This document shows, piece after piece, positions 28,175-37,958 of a DNA stretch of 64,000 nucleotides (position 1 is the stretch's first letter; each line of letters starts with the position of its first letter). Source of the stretch: Candidatus Daviesbacteria bacterium RIFCSPHIGHO2_02_FULL_43_12. Its GTDB lineage: Bacteria; Patescibacteriota; Microgenomatia; Daviesbacterales; UBA10151. The stretch is from NCBI GenBank assembly GCA_001776775.1, contig MFDD01000002.1, positions 37,746-101,745 of the forward strand, read 5' to 3'. The translations under genes were made by a program, and so were the position numbers. The notes beneath the pieces were generated by a model that saw nothing but the letters and a program-made list of their open reading frames with translations, was not told the DNA's origin and searched no databases.

Positions 28175-29326
28175 TCAATCTGATTGTTTGGACTGGCGGA
28201 GGTAGGACCAACAAGCCAGGAGGGTAGTTAAGGGAACGGCTAGGACGAGGGCGCTGGAGCTAAGTAAGGTTTTGACGATCTCCTCGGCGATTATCTCATA
28301 ATTTACTACTTCGGAGAATGGATGGGGGTTATTGATAAAAAGAAGAAGTAGCGGCAGAGAAGCTCCAGCATAAACCAACACCAGGGTGTTTACCATAGAA
28401 GCGATATGATCTTGTCCTACTTTCATCGCCCGGTTATATAAATCCCAAAAACCGATTTTCCCAGCGGTTTGTTTAAGCTGTTCGACAACCGAAGCTTGAG
28501 AGATAGTGATGTCGTTGAGGATCCCTAATGCTCCAATCATAATCCCCGCCAAAAGCAACCCTTTAATATTTACCGCTCCCCCCTTGGCCGCCTGCAGAAA
28601 ACCTGCTTCTTCCGAAGCGTACCCCGTCAGGCGAGCGGTATCTATAAAATAGTTGGCCATCAAAGAAGCTACCAACAAAGATACAAAGGTTGCTACAATC
28701 GAGATACTGGTTTTACGGTTAAACCCATGAGACAGATAAAATGTCGGCGGGATAATAAAAACTGAGGCAAAAGTGACTGTCCAGAGGGGGTCATGCCCGG
28801 CTAGGATCCGAGGAAGGATAAACTGGAAGATCATAAAAAAAGAAAAGATCATCCCTAGCAAGGATTTAATACCACTCGTCTTTCCTATTAAAATAGTAAT
28901 TAGTACAAAGACTATCGTTAGTAAGACAAGAGAGTCTCTGCGCACGAAGTCGGTAATAAAATAAAAATCATTCCCGTCAGGATCTTTTTGAGCTAGCACC
29001 GTCACTTTATCTCCTTTTTTGTATAAAATCTGGTTGACGACGGGAATATTGCCATTCTCAATGACAAGAAGCTTGCCTTTATCTCTTTCTGAATCAACCC
29101 TTAGCTCCAGCTTTTGGTAATGTTGCAATCTGTCTGCTAGCTGAATCTCTTTTTTCTCCAGAATTTCAGTGACTGTTGCTTCAATAGTTGTCCCAGATTC
29201 TAGGGACTGGGCGTAAATAGTTGGTGGTTTGTAGTTCGTAGTTCGTAGCAAAACCACAATAAGAACAGAACACAGAATTATCCTAGCAACGAACATCGAA
29301 CTACGAACTATGAACTTCTTGATCAT
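28175..29326 (-). CDS. YibE/F family membrane protein
   Basis: GALGILNDITISQAS, HIASMVNTLVLVYAGASLP. Confidence 0.92.
   Translation of the reverse strand: MIKKFIVRSSMFVARIILCSVLIVVLLRTTNYKPPTIYAQSLESGTTIEATVTEILEKKEIQLADRLQHYQKLELRVDSERDKGKLLVIENGNIPVVNQILYKKGDKVTVLAQKDPDGNDFYFITDFVRRDSLVLLTIVFVLITILIGKTSGIKSLLGMIFSFFMIFQFILPRILAGHDPLWTVTFASVFIIPPTFYLSHGFNRKTSISIVATFVSLLVASLMANYFIDTARLTGYASEEAGFLQAAKGGAVNIKGLLLAGIMIGALGILNDITISQASVVEQLKQTAGKIGFWDLYNRAMKVGQDHIASMVNTLVLVYAGASLPLLLLFINNPHPFSEVVNYEIIAEEIVKTLLSSSALVLAVPLTTLLACWSYLRQSKQSD
29221..29314. repeat. Inverted heptamer arrays TTCGTAG / CTACGAA flanking the YibE/F signal region
   Basis: ttggtgg tttgtag ttcgtag ttcgtag ... caacgaa catcgaa ctacgaa ctatgaa. 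Confidence 0.85.
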
Positions 29327-30684
29327 TCCAATATCTGTAGCTCTAAAACTTTCTTTAACTCCGGTTCGACTTTTTTGAGATATAGTACGTTATATTTTGG
29401 AAAGTAAAGAAAAGATGCCGGAGAATGATCTAGCAGAACTTTTTGAAAATCTGCATATTTAAGTCTGCGCTGACTAATATCCTTTAGTTTACGACCATCT
29501 TCTAAATCTTTGTCCATCCGGGGATTAGAAAATTTAGAAATATTAGTTTGCCCTAATTTATGCCAGAGGGAATATTGATCAGGATCGGCAGGGATCTTTT
29601 GGGCAATTAATAACGCCTGAAAGTTTTGAGGTATGCCACTCTCCGTTCGCAGCACGGCTTTGATACCGGCCTTTTTCCAGGATGCAATAACCTGTTCGCC
29701 GATATTTTTGAGGGAGCTGGTAGCAGTTAGGGTGATCACCAAATCCTTGTTTTTGACCTTCGCCAAAGCATTTTTGGCCCCCTCTTGATTGTCCAGATAG
29801 TCCTTTACAGTATTATTAAAAGCCCAGGATTGCGGAGAAAGAGAGGTCCTGGCTTCTGTTTCATTAGGAATAGATGGAGCGCTGTAGCTTAGGGCTAGTC
29901 TTAAGTTTTCGTCAGATAAAACTGGGTCTTCCGTATTATAAAAAATAGTTACAACTACCCCAAAACTTGGCTGGGAAAAAAGATTGAACGACTTATCCGG
30001 GGTTAGGTCTTCGGGATCATTAATCCCTAGAATGCTGGCTACTTCGCCTATACGGAGGGCGGTTTTGGCGATTCTTTCGTTAGGGTAAAAATGAATTGTT
30101 ACATCAGGCAAAGCCTGATCTCTGGCATGAAGCTGTAGTTTTTTGACAAAGACCCCGTCTTTATAAATCTTGGCTATTTGGTAAGGACCGATGCCGATGT
30201 TGGTGTTTTTCTTGAGCAGGGGTTTGGTTAAGAGGGATGGAAAAGGACTATATGAATCACTTAGCTTAAAATGCATAGTTCTGTCATCAGGAGTCGTGAT
30301 CTCGACATTTGGTATAGAAACTGGTAAATCTGCAGCCTTTAGTTTCGTTCCATCAGACCAATACAGATCATCTTTCAGCTTGAACCAATACTCCGTTGAC
30401 TGGTCGTTGCTAGTCCACTCCTTGGCTAACTGGCCAGACGGAGAACCTGTTTTATCTATTTCAACTAAGCCTTTTGAGACAAGCTGCGTCACAATAGGGG
30501 GAAGATCGTTTTCTGTAAAAGTACCCACAATACCTTCCGAAAGCCTAGATTTAGTAGAAGCAAATACAAAGGAATAAATCCCGTAGGTTAATATACTAGA
30601 AATGACTAAAACAAGTATAATTTTGAATTTATAACGAAGTAAAAGCTTACTGATAACAAGTAGGGCAAAACGTATCGCTCTCAA
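29323..30684 (-). CDS. ABC transporter substrate-binding protein, family 5
   Basis: LAKEW, WSDGTKLKAADL, GIGPYQI, LRLALSY, PDQYSLWH. Confidence 0.88.
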   Translation of the reverse strand: MRAIRFALLVISKLLLRYKFKIILVLVISSILTYGIYSFVFASTKSRLSEGIVGTFTENDLPPIVTQLVSKGLVEIDKTGSPSGQLAKEWTSNDQSTEYWFKLKDDLYWSDGTKLKAADLPVSIPNVEITTPDDRTMHFKLSDSYSPFPSLLTKPLLKKNTNIGIGPYQIAKIYKDGVFVKKLQLHARDQALPDVTIHFYPNERIAKTALRIGEVASILGINDPEDLTPDKSFNLFSQPSFGVVVTIFYNTEDPVLSDENLRLALSYSAPSIPNETEARTSLSPQSWAFNNTVKDYLDNQEGAKNALAKVKNKDLVITLTATSSLKNIGEQVIASWKKAGIKAVLRTESGIPQNFQALLIAQKIPADPDQYSLWHKLGQTNISKFSNPRMDKDLEDGRKLKDISQRRLKYADFQKVLLDHSPASFLYFPKYNVLYLKKVEPELKKVLELQILE

Positions 30685-30899
30685 ACTATAACTCCTAAAA
30701 GGGATGAGATTATAAATAGAAAAGATAGAATTATGGTTAGTATAAATAGCACTTTTTCAGCTCCTCTCCTAGTGCTGTACATCCCCATGCTTGACCCAAA
30801 AGTAGAACCGAGACCTGTGCCTTTGGCCTGTAAAATAATTAGCGTAACCAGGAGTATCCCTATAATAATTTGAGCGAAATAAATAATCTGCTTGATCAT
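30681..30899 (-). CDS. secG: Preprotein translocase subunit SecG
   Basis: ILQAKGTGLGSTFG, TRRGAEKVL. Confidence 0.93.
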   Translation of the reverse strand: MIKQIIYFAQIIIGILLVTLIILQAKGTGLGSTFGSSMGMYSTRRGAEKVLFILTIILSFLFIISSLLGVIV

Positions 30900-30900
30900 C

Positions 30901-31305
30901 TTAATTTTTGGTTAACCATTTTAGAAAATTTACAATAAATCCTATCAAGAAAGAGGAGACTATTGCTACACCAACGATATTCAGCTGAAAACTTGGAATA
31001 ACCAGTCCCCCAAAATTTCCACCGGGATAAGTATACGGCATAAGTTTAAACTGTGGAACCACTAAAGTCAAAATATAAAGTCCAATAACACTGGCCACCC
31101 AAGAAAAAATCCCTAAGGTTAGGAGATTTAAAGGCAGCAACATGATTCGGACCAGAGGGATAACTAGTAAGTTTATAAACATAAACACGACCGCTCCGAT
31201 TAAAAGCACCCTAATCCCCCCTTCCAGATTAAAGGCAGGCAAAATAAGTATTGCCACCCGGAGAGCAATCAGGTTAATCAAAAAACTACGCAGTAAACGC
31301 TTCAT
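30901..31305 (-). CDS. YvlD/phage-holin-4_2-like membrane protein
   Basis: PLNLLTLGIFSWV, 4 TM. Confidence 0.85.
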   Translation of the reverse strand: MKRLLRSFLINLIALRVAILILPAFNLEGGIRVLLIGAVVFMFINLLVIPLVRIMLLPLNLLTLGIFSWVASVIGLYILTLVVPQFKLMPYTYPGGNFGGLVIPSFQLNIVGVAIVSSFLIGFIVNFLKWLTKN

Positions 31306-31342
31306 AAATGTAGTGTAGCTTTTAACTTCCCTTGATGCAAAT

Positions 31343-32680
31343 TTAGCTAGGTAAAAAAGCTTTCGCCCGAAGCTTGCGATGATAGGTTATGGCAAAACGA
31401 TGAGCTTCGTCTCTAATCTTTTGCAAAAGTCGAAGCCCGAGTGACCGTAGCGGTAGCTTGATTGGCGCGCCGTCTGGTGGATAAACCCACTCCATCCTTT
31501 TGGCAAGTCCAAAGATCGGGATAGAAATATTTCTTTTCTTAAGCTCCAAGAGTGAGGCTCGGACTTGTCCTCTGCCGCCGTCTATAAGGAAAAGATTAGG
31601 GTAGGGCCACTCTGGATGACCTAGGCGCCGGCGCATAATTTCCTGATGCATCGCATAATCATTGGGTTTGCCAGTAATTATAATTTTAAACTTGCGATAC
31701 TGAGATTTCTCGATTTCTCCATTGATTAAAACCACCATAGAGCCTGTGGCCGCAGTACCAGAGATATTGGAGATATCATAAGCTTCGATCCGTTCTGGCA
31801 GAGACGGCAATTGCAGATACTTTTGCAGCTCAGATAGTCCCCGACTGTTAATCCCTTCTAGGAAATTAGGATTTTCCAGATACATCGCAGTGCGATTAGG
31901 CTGGGTTAAATAGCTGATGCCCGACAACATTTTGCGTACTTTTATGGCAGCTTCATACTGTTGGGCCTTAGAATATTGGTCCATTTCCTGCTCTAAGCTC
32001 CTGACCAACTCCTGCTTATGACCATCAAGCAGCATCCCTAATCTATGCAAAGATTTGTGGTATTCTTGTTTGGAGATTTCCCCTGTGCAGGCACCTGGAC
32101 AAAGCCCAAGATGGTAATAGAAGCATGGACGAGTATGCCGCAAGCCGCCAGAGTCCAGAGTCATAGAGGACAGCTGTTTTTTACTCGACTCCTGTCCTTT
32201 GATTCTTGGCACTATCTTTGGGGGAGCAGAACACCAGGGGAAGATTCGTCTTAGAGACTTAAGAGTTTCCCTCACTGTTCGGGAGGAAGGAAACGGTCCG
32301 AAGTATCTTTTGGCCTCTTTTAGCTCTTGTTTGCGGGCTGTAACTACCTGGGGAAAATCTCCCTGTGTAAATTTGATATACAAATAATCCTTGTCGTCAA
32401 TCAGGCGAATATTAAATAAAGGAAGGTGTTTTTTGATGAGGTTAGCTTCAAGAATCAGAGCTTCTAACTCTGACTCGACGATAATAGTTTCCATAGAACG
32501 TATTTCGGAGACCAAATTGGCGGTTTTTAGTGAGTCTACAGTTTTAGCAAAATATGAAGAAACCCGGCTTTTTAAATTATTCGCCTTGCCCACATAAATA
32601 ATCTGTCCGGCCTGATTCCGATAGATATAGATGCCGGGCTTTTGCGGAAGTTTAGCTTCTTTAATGAATGCGGGAACCAT
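31343..32680 (-). CDS. uvrC: Excinuclease ABC subunit C, lacking C-terminal HhH
   Basis: GIY-YIG (PGIY..YVGKA), Cys cluster, RIEAYDISN, IDGGRGQ, RDEAHRFA. Confidence 0.95.
   Translation of the reverse strand: MVPAFIKEAKLPQKPGIYIYRNQAGQIIYVGKANNLKSRVSSYFAKTVDSLKTANLVSEIRSMETIIVESELEALILEANLIKKHLPLFNIRLIDDKDYLYIKFTQGDFPQVVTARKQELKEAKRYFGPFPSSRTVRETLKSLRRIFPWCSAPPKIVPRIKGQESSKKQLSSMTLDSGGLRHTRPCFYYHLGLCPGACTGEISKQEYHKSLHRLGMLLDGHKQELVRSLEQEMDQYSKAQQYEAAIKVRKMLSGISYLTQPNRTAMYLENPNFLEGINSRGLSELQKYLQLPSLPERIEAYDISNISGTAATGSMVVLINGEIEKSQYRKFKIIITGKPNDYAMHQEIMRRRLGHPEWPYPNLFLIDGGRGQVRASLLELKKRNISIPIFGLAKRMEWVYPPDGAPIKLPLRSLGLRLLQKIRDEAHRFAITYHRKLRAKAFLPS
32147..32211. repeat. Imperfect inverted heptamer arrays in-frame in uvrC
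   Basis: gccagag tccagag tcataga ... ctcgact cctgtcc tttgatt cttggca; encodes VPRIKGQESSKKQLSSMTLDSG between Cys residues. Confidence 0.6.
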
Positions 32681-32702
32681 GGAGGTATTGTATCATCTGA
32701 AG

Positions 32703-34688
32703 TTAACTGCTTTTGAGTTTTTTCTTTTTCAAATTAGGCCGGGGTAATTTAAGCGCTGCTTTTAACTGCTGTCTATTATTACTTAGATACAGCACAACAA
32801 CCGCTAGATATATACCCACCATAGTTATCATTAGACCAAGGACAATAATTGGAAAAAACCGAGCATTAAAAAAAGGTCTGACTCTAATCTGCTTTTCAAA
32901 GCTTCGATCTGCGATCTCCAAGGAGATCTTGTCTTGGTATGTTTCGAGTAAAGAGTCCGAGCGTAAGTCAAACTTAATTTCGAGATGACCCCAAGGTGGA
33001 ATTGCGGGGACAGACAATTCATTTACTGTCTGGGCAGTAAATTTATTAAGCACAAGTTTGATCTTACTAGCTTTTAATCTCAGTAGCGATGCCGGAAAAA
33101 CAACAGCGCTTTTATTGGTTAAAGTGATGACAGCTTGAGAGGGAATCTGTCCATAAATCTCATCAGGAATAGAAATCTTGGCAAAGATATTTGGACTATC
33201 CTGGAAATCGTTATCCGAAAAGTCACTGGAAATCTCGGTGGGAATAGCTGGCTCTAAAGAAGAAGCCCCTCTTATTGCTATTACAACATGGTTTAAATCA
33301 AACTTGGAAAAGTAGTCAACCCCACCTGTGGTATTTTCCCAGGTCGGATCGATCATTACCCAACCGAGTTTAGGATCAAAGTATTCTGGCCAAACATGGA
33401 TTGATCTGTTGATTGACTGTGGACGAAGTTGATTATTGGCGGTATAAGCATATCCGATTAACTCTCTCGTTGGGATCTTGGCTGACCTGGCTAGGGCCAC
33501 AAAAAGGTCGGTAAATTCGTAAGCCAAGGAGCTTTCCGGACTACTTAAAGCAGTTAGCGAGCCTAACCTTTCTTGAGGGTCATTTAAGCGCCCCGCATTA
33601 AATATAAGGGTATTTACTACATATTTATTGATTAAACGGGCTTTTTCTTGATTGGACTCTGGAACCCCGTCTTTTACGATATCCGCTAGTTTTCCCTTTA
33701 GTATAGGGTTATCGCTCTCCCAGTATCTCTGAGAAGAGGTTAGGTTTTGAGATTGGGAGCCGGTTAGGGTTTTGTAGTTATCCAATGAGGCGAGTGACAG
33801 CTTAACCGTAGCTGTCACTTCTACATTAAAGCTTTCGAGCTTATTCAATTTAAATAAAGCGACATAATTGCCGTCACTATCGGAAATGATATTTTCAGGT
33901 TTGGGTGTAATATCTCCGATAGAAACTTTTTGATAAGCGCTGTCAGGGGGTAGAGCTATCTTGGCAATAATGGGCAAGACGCTGGGGTTATCGAGTTTGT
34001 ATTTTAAACGGAGCTGAAAAATCTGATTGGTTCCAAAGTTGGCCAGGATGCCGCTTTTGAGAAGTTGATCTTTGGTAAACTGAAATTGTAACTTTCCACC
34101 TACTTCCGACTCTGCTGCTGGTTGAGGAATGATAGTCGCTGGGTCCCCAAAGCTCACCGGTAGGGACAGCATTAATTTATAATCCACCAGATCTGGTGTC
34201 TCCACTACCCGGGGGATGGAAACTTGCCAGACCTTGCCTGATTTTTGCGCAAAATCCCTGGACCTAAATTTGAGGGTCCATTTGTATTCTTTACCTTTGC
34301 CCGCTATCTGCTGGGCGAATTTTACCGTTATTCTCTGCTTATTCTGGAGAATACTCCCTACAGGAGCGGTTTGTTTCTCTACTTTTGTTTCGAGTGATCC
34401 ACTTGAATCAGTCGCCGACACTTCACTGATTTCGGAGGCTCCAATTGTCAAACTAAACTGGGAGGCGTAGTAACGGTCAGTCTGATTGATGAGAGTTATG
34501 TTTTCAGTAACGGAGGCTTCCCCGGAAGAGTCGATGTCATAAGAAACATTATATGAGCTGGAAAACTCTCTGCTCTCCCCAATAGAGTCTGTCCCGACTT
34601 TGTCCGGATAAGGTGCAGCCAAAGCCAATCGGGGGTAAACAAGGACGAATAAAGCCAGGAACAGTAAACAAAGGAACACTTTACGCAT
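32703..34688 (-). CDS. Surface transglutaminase-like protein, catalytic Cys apparently absent
   Basis: Signal peptide, SLAYEFTDLFVALARSAKIPTR, HVWPEY, IDPTW, C-terminal TM. Confidence 0.85.
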   Translation of the reverse strand: MRKVFLCLLFLALFVLVYPRLALAAPYPDKVGTDSIGESREFSSSYNVSYDIDSSGEASVTENITLINQTDRYYASQFSLTIGASEISEVSATDSSGSLETKVEKQTAPVGSILQNKQRITVKFAQQIAGKGKEYKWTLKFRSRDFAQKSGKVWQVSIPRVVETPDLVDYKLMLSLPVSFGDPATIIPQPAAESEVGGKLQFQFTKDQLLKSGILANFGTNQIFQLRLKYKLDNPSVLPIIAKIALPPDSAYQKVSIGDITPKPENIISDSDGNYVALFKLNKLESFNVEVTATVKLSLASLDNYKTLTGSQSQNLTSSQRYWESDNPILKGKLADIVKDGVPESNQEKARLINKYVVNTLIFNAGRLNDPQERLGSLTALSSPESSLAYEFTDLFVALARSAKIPTRELIGYAYTANNQLRPQSINRSIHVWPEYFDPKLGWVMIDPTWENTTGGVDYFSKFDLNHVVIAIRGASSLEPAIPTEISSDFSDNDFQDSPNIFAKISIPDEIYGQIPSQAVITLTNKSAVVFPASLLRLKASKIKLVLNKFTAQTVNELSVPAIPPWGHLEIKFDLRSDSLLETYQDKISLEIADRSFEKQIRVRPFFNARFFPIIVLGLMITMVGIYLAVVVLYLSNNRQQLKAALKLPRPNLKKKKLKSS

Positions 34689-34693
34689 TACTC

Positions 34694-37630
34694 TTATTGT
34701 AACATCTTAGCTAAATAGTGCCCGGTGTAGGAAGCTTTTGTCTGGGATATTTGAAGGGGGGTTCCCTCCGCAACTATTTGCCCTCCCCCAATACCTCCTT
34801 CTGGACCGAGGTCTATCACCCAATCAGTGTTTTTGATGACGTCTAAATTATGCTCGATGACGATCACTGTGTTGCCCATGTCGACTAGTCGACGGAGGAT
34901 CTGGAGCAGACGTTCAATGTCGGCAAAATGCAACCCTGTCGTTGGTTCGTCCAGAATATAGACGGTATGACCGGTGGGACGCTTGGAAAGCTCCGAGGAG
35001 AGCTTAATCCGTTGAGCTTCTCCACCCGATAGAGTCGTGGCTGATTGACCCAAACGGATATAGCCAAGTCCAACATCATTTAATACATTAAGTTTATTTT
35101 TTACCTGAGGAATATTTTCGAAGAATACCAACGACTCTTCAACTGTCATATCTAAAACCTCGGAGATGTTCTTATCTTTAAAATGGATCTCGAGGGCCTC
35201 ATGGTTGTATCTTTTTCCTGCGCAAGATTCGCAGTCGACGTAAACATCGGGTAGAAACTGCATCTCAATTTTGATCTTGCCTTCTCCTTCACAAACCTCA
35301 CAACGTCCACCCTTGACATTAAAACTAAACCGACCGGGCCCATATCCCCGAATCTTGGCCTCAGGAGACTGGGAAAAAATATCGCGAATAAAAGTAAATG
35401 CTCCGGTATAGGTCGCCGGATTTGAACGGGGTGTCCGCCCAATTGGGGCTTGGTCAACCATGACTACTTTGTCCAAGAATTCAAGGCCCCTTAGCTCTCT
35501 GAACTGACCAGGACGTTCTTTGGATTTATAAATCTTTTGGGCCAAGGCCCGATACAAGATATCGTGAATTAAAGTCGATTTACCTGATCCGGATACGCCG
35601 GTAATCGAGATAAATTTGCCCAGCGGAAACTTTACCGTAATATTTTTCAGGTTATGTTCGCTGGCTCCGACTAACTCCAAAGCGGCGTCCGAGGGAATAG
35701 ACAGACGCGAGACAGGCCGAAGAGAGCTTTCAACTCCAGACAATCGTCCGGGGTGACTAAAGATAGTCACCTGTTTTTTGCCTGAAAGATAAAGACCGGT
35801 CAAGGATTTGGGATTACTGATAATCTCGGCTGGAGTACCTGAAGCGACAATCTGTCCGCCATGTTCCCCAGCCCCAGGACCAATTTCAAAGAGTAAATCT
35901 GCCTCCAGCATGGTTTCTGAATCATGTTCGTTAACCACAACTGTATTGCCCAGGTCGCGTAATCTTTTGAGAGTCCCAATCAGGCGGGTGTTATCCCTCT
36001 GATGCAGACCTATGGACGGTTCGTCCAGGACGTAGAGGACTCCGGAAAGTCCGGACCCTATTTGAGATGCTAACCGAATCCGCTGAGCCTCTCCCCCAGC
36101 CAAAGTGACCGCCGAGCGATCTAGTGTCAGATAGTCTAAACCAACATCTACTAAAAACTGCAGCCTGGCTAAGATCTCCTTTAGGATCGGTTGACCAATC
36201 TGAAGTTCTCTGGCGTTCATTTTGGGAGTAACTTGAGAGAACCAACTCAAGGCATCTTGAATAGATTGGCTAGTCAACTCTGCAATATTTAGCCCATCAA
36301 TGGTTATCGAAAGGGCCTCGTCTTTTAAGCGAGCCCCGTGGCATTTGGGGCATTCCTCTTTGAACATATACTTTTCTATCTCTGCTTTGACAAAATCCGA
36401 CTCGGTTTCCTTGTAGCGCTCTTTTAGATATGCAGCGAGCCCCGGGAAAGAAGCATTAAAATGAGTCCATTTACCCTGGCGATTTTTACCTTCGACCTTA
36501 AACTGCTGCTCTCCGGCACCGAAAAGTAAGGTCTGGCGAGCCTTGTCGGAAAGTTCGCCGAGCCTTGTCGACAAATTAAAACCTTTCTCTTTACCAACTG
36601 CGAGAATCAGGCGAGTGAACCATGTTTCATTGGTCGCTAGCTTACTCCAGGGCAAAATCCCGCCTTCTTCAATCGAAAGGATTGGGTTTAAAATAGCCTC
36701 GGGGTCTATTTCCAGTAAGCTCCCTAAACCAGTACATTCCGGACAGGCTCCATGCGGAGAGTTAAAGGAAAATAGCCGGGGCTCAACTTCGGACAAAGCG
36801 ATATTGTCGACCGGACAAGCAAATCTCTCTGAGTAGAGATGGTCTTCTAGTTTCTTGGGGTTGGTGGGAAATTCTAATGAAGCATCTAGCACTTCGGACA
36901 CAATCACTGCCCCATCTCCCAGCTTGAGGGCCGTTTCAATTGATTGAGCAAGCCTTGATTTTTGACCCTCGTCGCTAGCGGCTAGCACTAGCCGATCGAC
37001 TACGACATCGATGGTGTGTTTGTTAGTCTTGATTAACACCAAGTCTTCCGCGAGATCTCGGATCTGTTTATCAAGTCTAACTTTAGAAAATCCTTTTTTA
37101 CGCAGGTCTTCAAAAAGTGAGGTGTACTCGCCCTTACGGTCCTTGACCACCGGAGCTAAGATCATCACCCTCCTCTGCTTCCTTGACCCTTGACTCTTGT
37201 TACTAGTCACTTGTGCGACTATTTGCTCAACTGACATTCGGGAGATTTCACGTCCGCAAACCGGACAATGAGGATGGCCAACTCTGGCAAAGAGCAGCCT
37301 CATGTAATCGTAAATTTCGGTGGTTGTGCCGACTGTTGAACGAGGATTATGGGAAGCAGATTTTTGATCGATCGAGATAGCCGGAGACAAGCCTTCGATA
37401 CTATCGACGTCTGGCTTGTCCATCATTCCCAAAAATTGACGGGCATAAGAAGAAAGAGACTCCACATAGCGGCGCTGCCCTTCGGCGTAAAGAGTATCAA
37501 AGGCCAAAGAGGATTTACCGGATCCGGAAATACCGGTAAAAACAACTAACTTATTTTTTGGGATCTCTAAGTTAATATTTTTTAGATTGTTTTCGCGGGC
37601 CCCGCGAATGATGATTTTGTCTGAAGGCAT
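34694..37630 (-). CDS. uvrA: Excinuclease ABC subunit A
   Basis: GARENNLK, two GSGKS Walker A motifs, zinc fingers, LSGGEAQR; start MPSDK at 37630. Confidence 0.98.
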   Translation of the reverse strand: MPSDKIIIRGARENNLKNINLEIPKNKLVVFTGISGSGKSSLAFDTLYAEGQRRYVESLSSYARQFLGMMDKPDVDSIEGLSPAISIDQKSASHNPRSTVGTTTEIYDYMRLLFARVGHPHCPVCGREISRMSVEQIVAQVTSNKSQGSRKQRRVMILAPVVKDRKGEYTSLFEDLRKKGFSKVRLDKQIRDLAEDLVLIKTNKHTIDVVVDRLVLAASDEGQKSRLAQSIETALKLGDGAVIVSEVLDASLEFPTNPKKLEDHLYSERFACPVDNIALSEVEPRLFSFNSPHGACPECTGLGSLLEIDPEAILNPILSIEEGGILPWSKLATNETWFTRLILAVGKEKGFNLSTRLGELSDKARQTLLFGAGEQQFKVEGKNRQGKWTHFNASFPGLAAYLKERYKETESDFVKAEIEKYMFKEECPKCHGARLKDEALSITIDGLNIAELTSQSIQDALSWFSQVTPKMNARELQIGQPILKEILARLQFLVDVGLDYLTLDRSAVTLAGGEAQRIRLASQIGSGLSGVLYVLDEPSIGLHQRDNTRLIGTLKRLRDLGNTVVVNEHDSETMLEADLLFEIGPGAGEHGGQIVASGTPAEIISNPKSLTGLYLSGKKQVTIFSHPGRLSGVESSLRPVSRLSIPSDAALELVGASEHNLKNITVKFPLGKFISITGVSGSGKSTLIHDILYRALAQKIYKSKERPGQFRELRGLEFLDKVVMVDQAPIGRTPRSNPATYTGAFTFIRDIFSQSPEAKIRGYGPGRFSFNVKGGRCEVCEGEGKIKIEMQFLPDVYVDCESCAGKRYNHEALEIHFKDKNISEVLDMTVEESLVFFENIPQVKNKLNVLNDVGLGYIRLGQSATTLSGGEAQRIKLSSELSKRPTGHTVYILDEPTTGLHFADIERLLQILRRLVDMGNTVIVIEHNLDVIKNTDWVIDLGPEGGIGGGQIVAEGTPLQISQTKASYTGHYLAKMLQ
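37175..37216. repeat. Heptamer array CTTGNNN in-frame in uvrA
   Basis: ctgcttc cttgacc cttgact cttgtta ctagtca cttgtgc; encodes AQVTSNKSQGSRKQ. Confidence 0.75.
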
Positions 37631-37745
37631 AATGTACTTCTCGATTCGTCTTCGCCTCACTCGAAGAATATTGTTTGAGCTGCTCCGTGCGTCAATTTTC
37701 AAGAGAAACCGAAGGCACTTTACTCGTTCGGGTACACTCGGCACC

Positions 37746-37760
37746 CGAAGACATCCCGAA
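37746..37760 (-). promoter_or_regulatory. Candidate LexA box upstream of uvrA
   Basis: CGAA-gacat-CCCGAA, just downstream of minus-strand TATACT (37773-78). Confidence 0.7.
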
Positions 37761-37841
37761 TTTAACCTCGTAAGTATACCTTAATTTGGAAAGTTTAGAA
37801 AGGGGTCAGTCCTACCTTTGTCGAGAATTTTTAGCTTCACA

Positions 37842-37895
37842 CCTTCAAGGCCCGCCTGCCATGCAGGCATTTCGGGCAGGTGGAAGGCTAAATAT
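37842..37895. repeat. 54-bp hairpin element, copy 1
   Basis: 51/54 identical to 48001-48054. Confidence 0.9.
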
Positions 37896-37958
37896 CAGAA
37901 TTGAGTATACTAAACTCTTAATCGTTGCAATTACACAGAGCTCAGGTAAGCTTAATAT

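Noticed and set aside
30901-31305. Holin-family gene plus GH19 as evidence of a prophage
   Set aside because: YvlD-like genes are chromosomal; no structural, terminase or integrase genes are present
37631-37744. 38-aa N-terminal extension of UvrA in the ORF track
   Set aside because: Homology starts at MPSDKIIIRG; the extension is palindromic leader sequence
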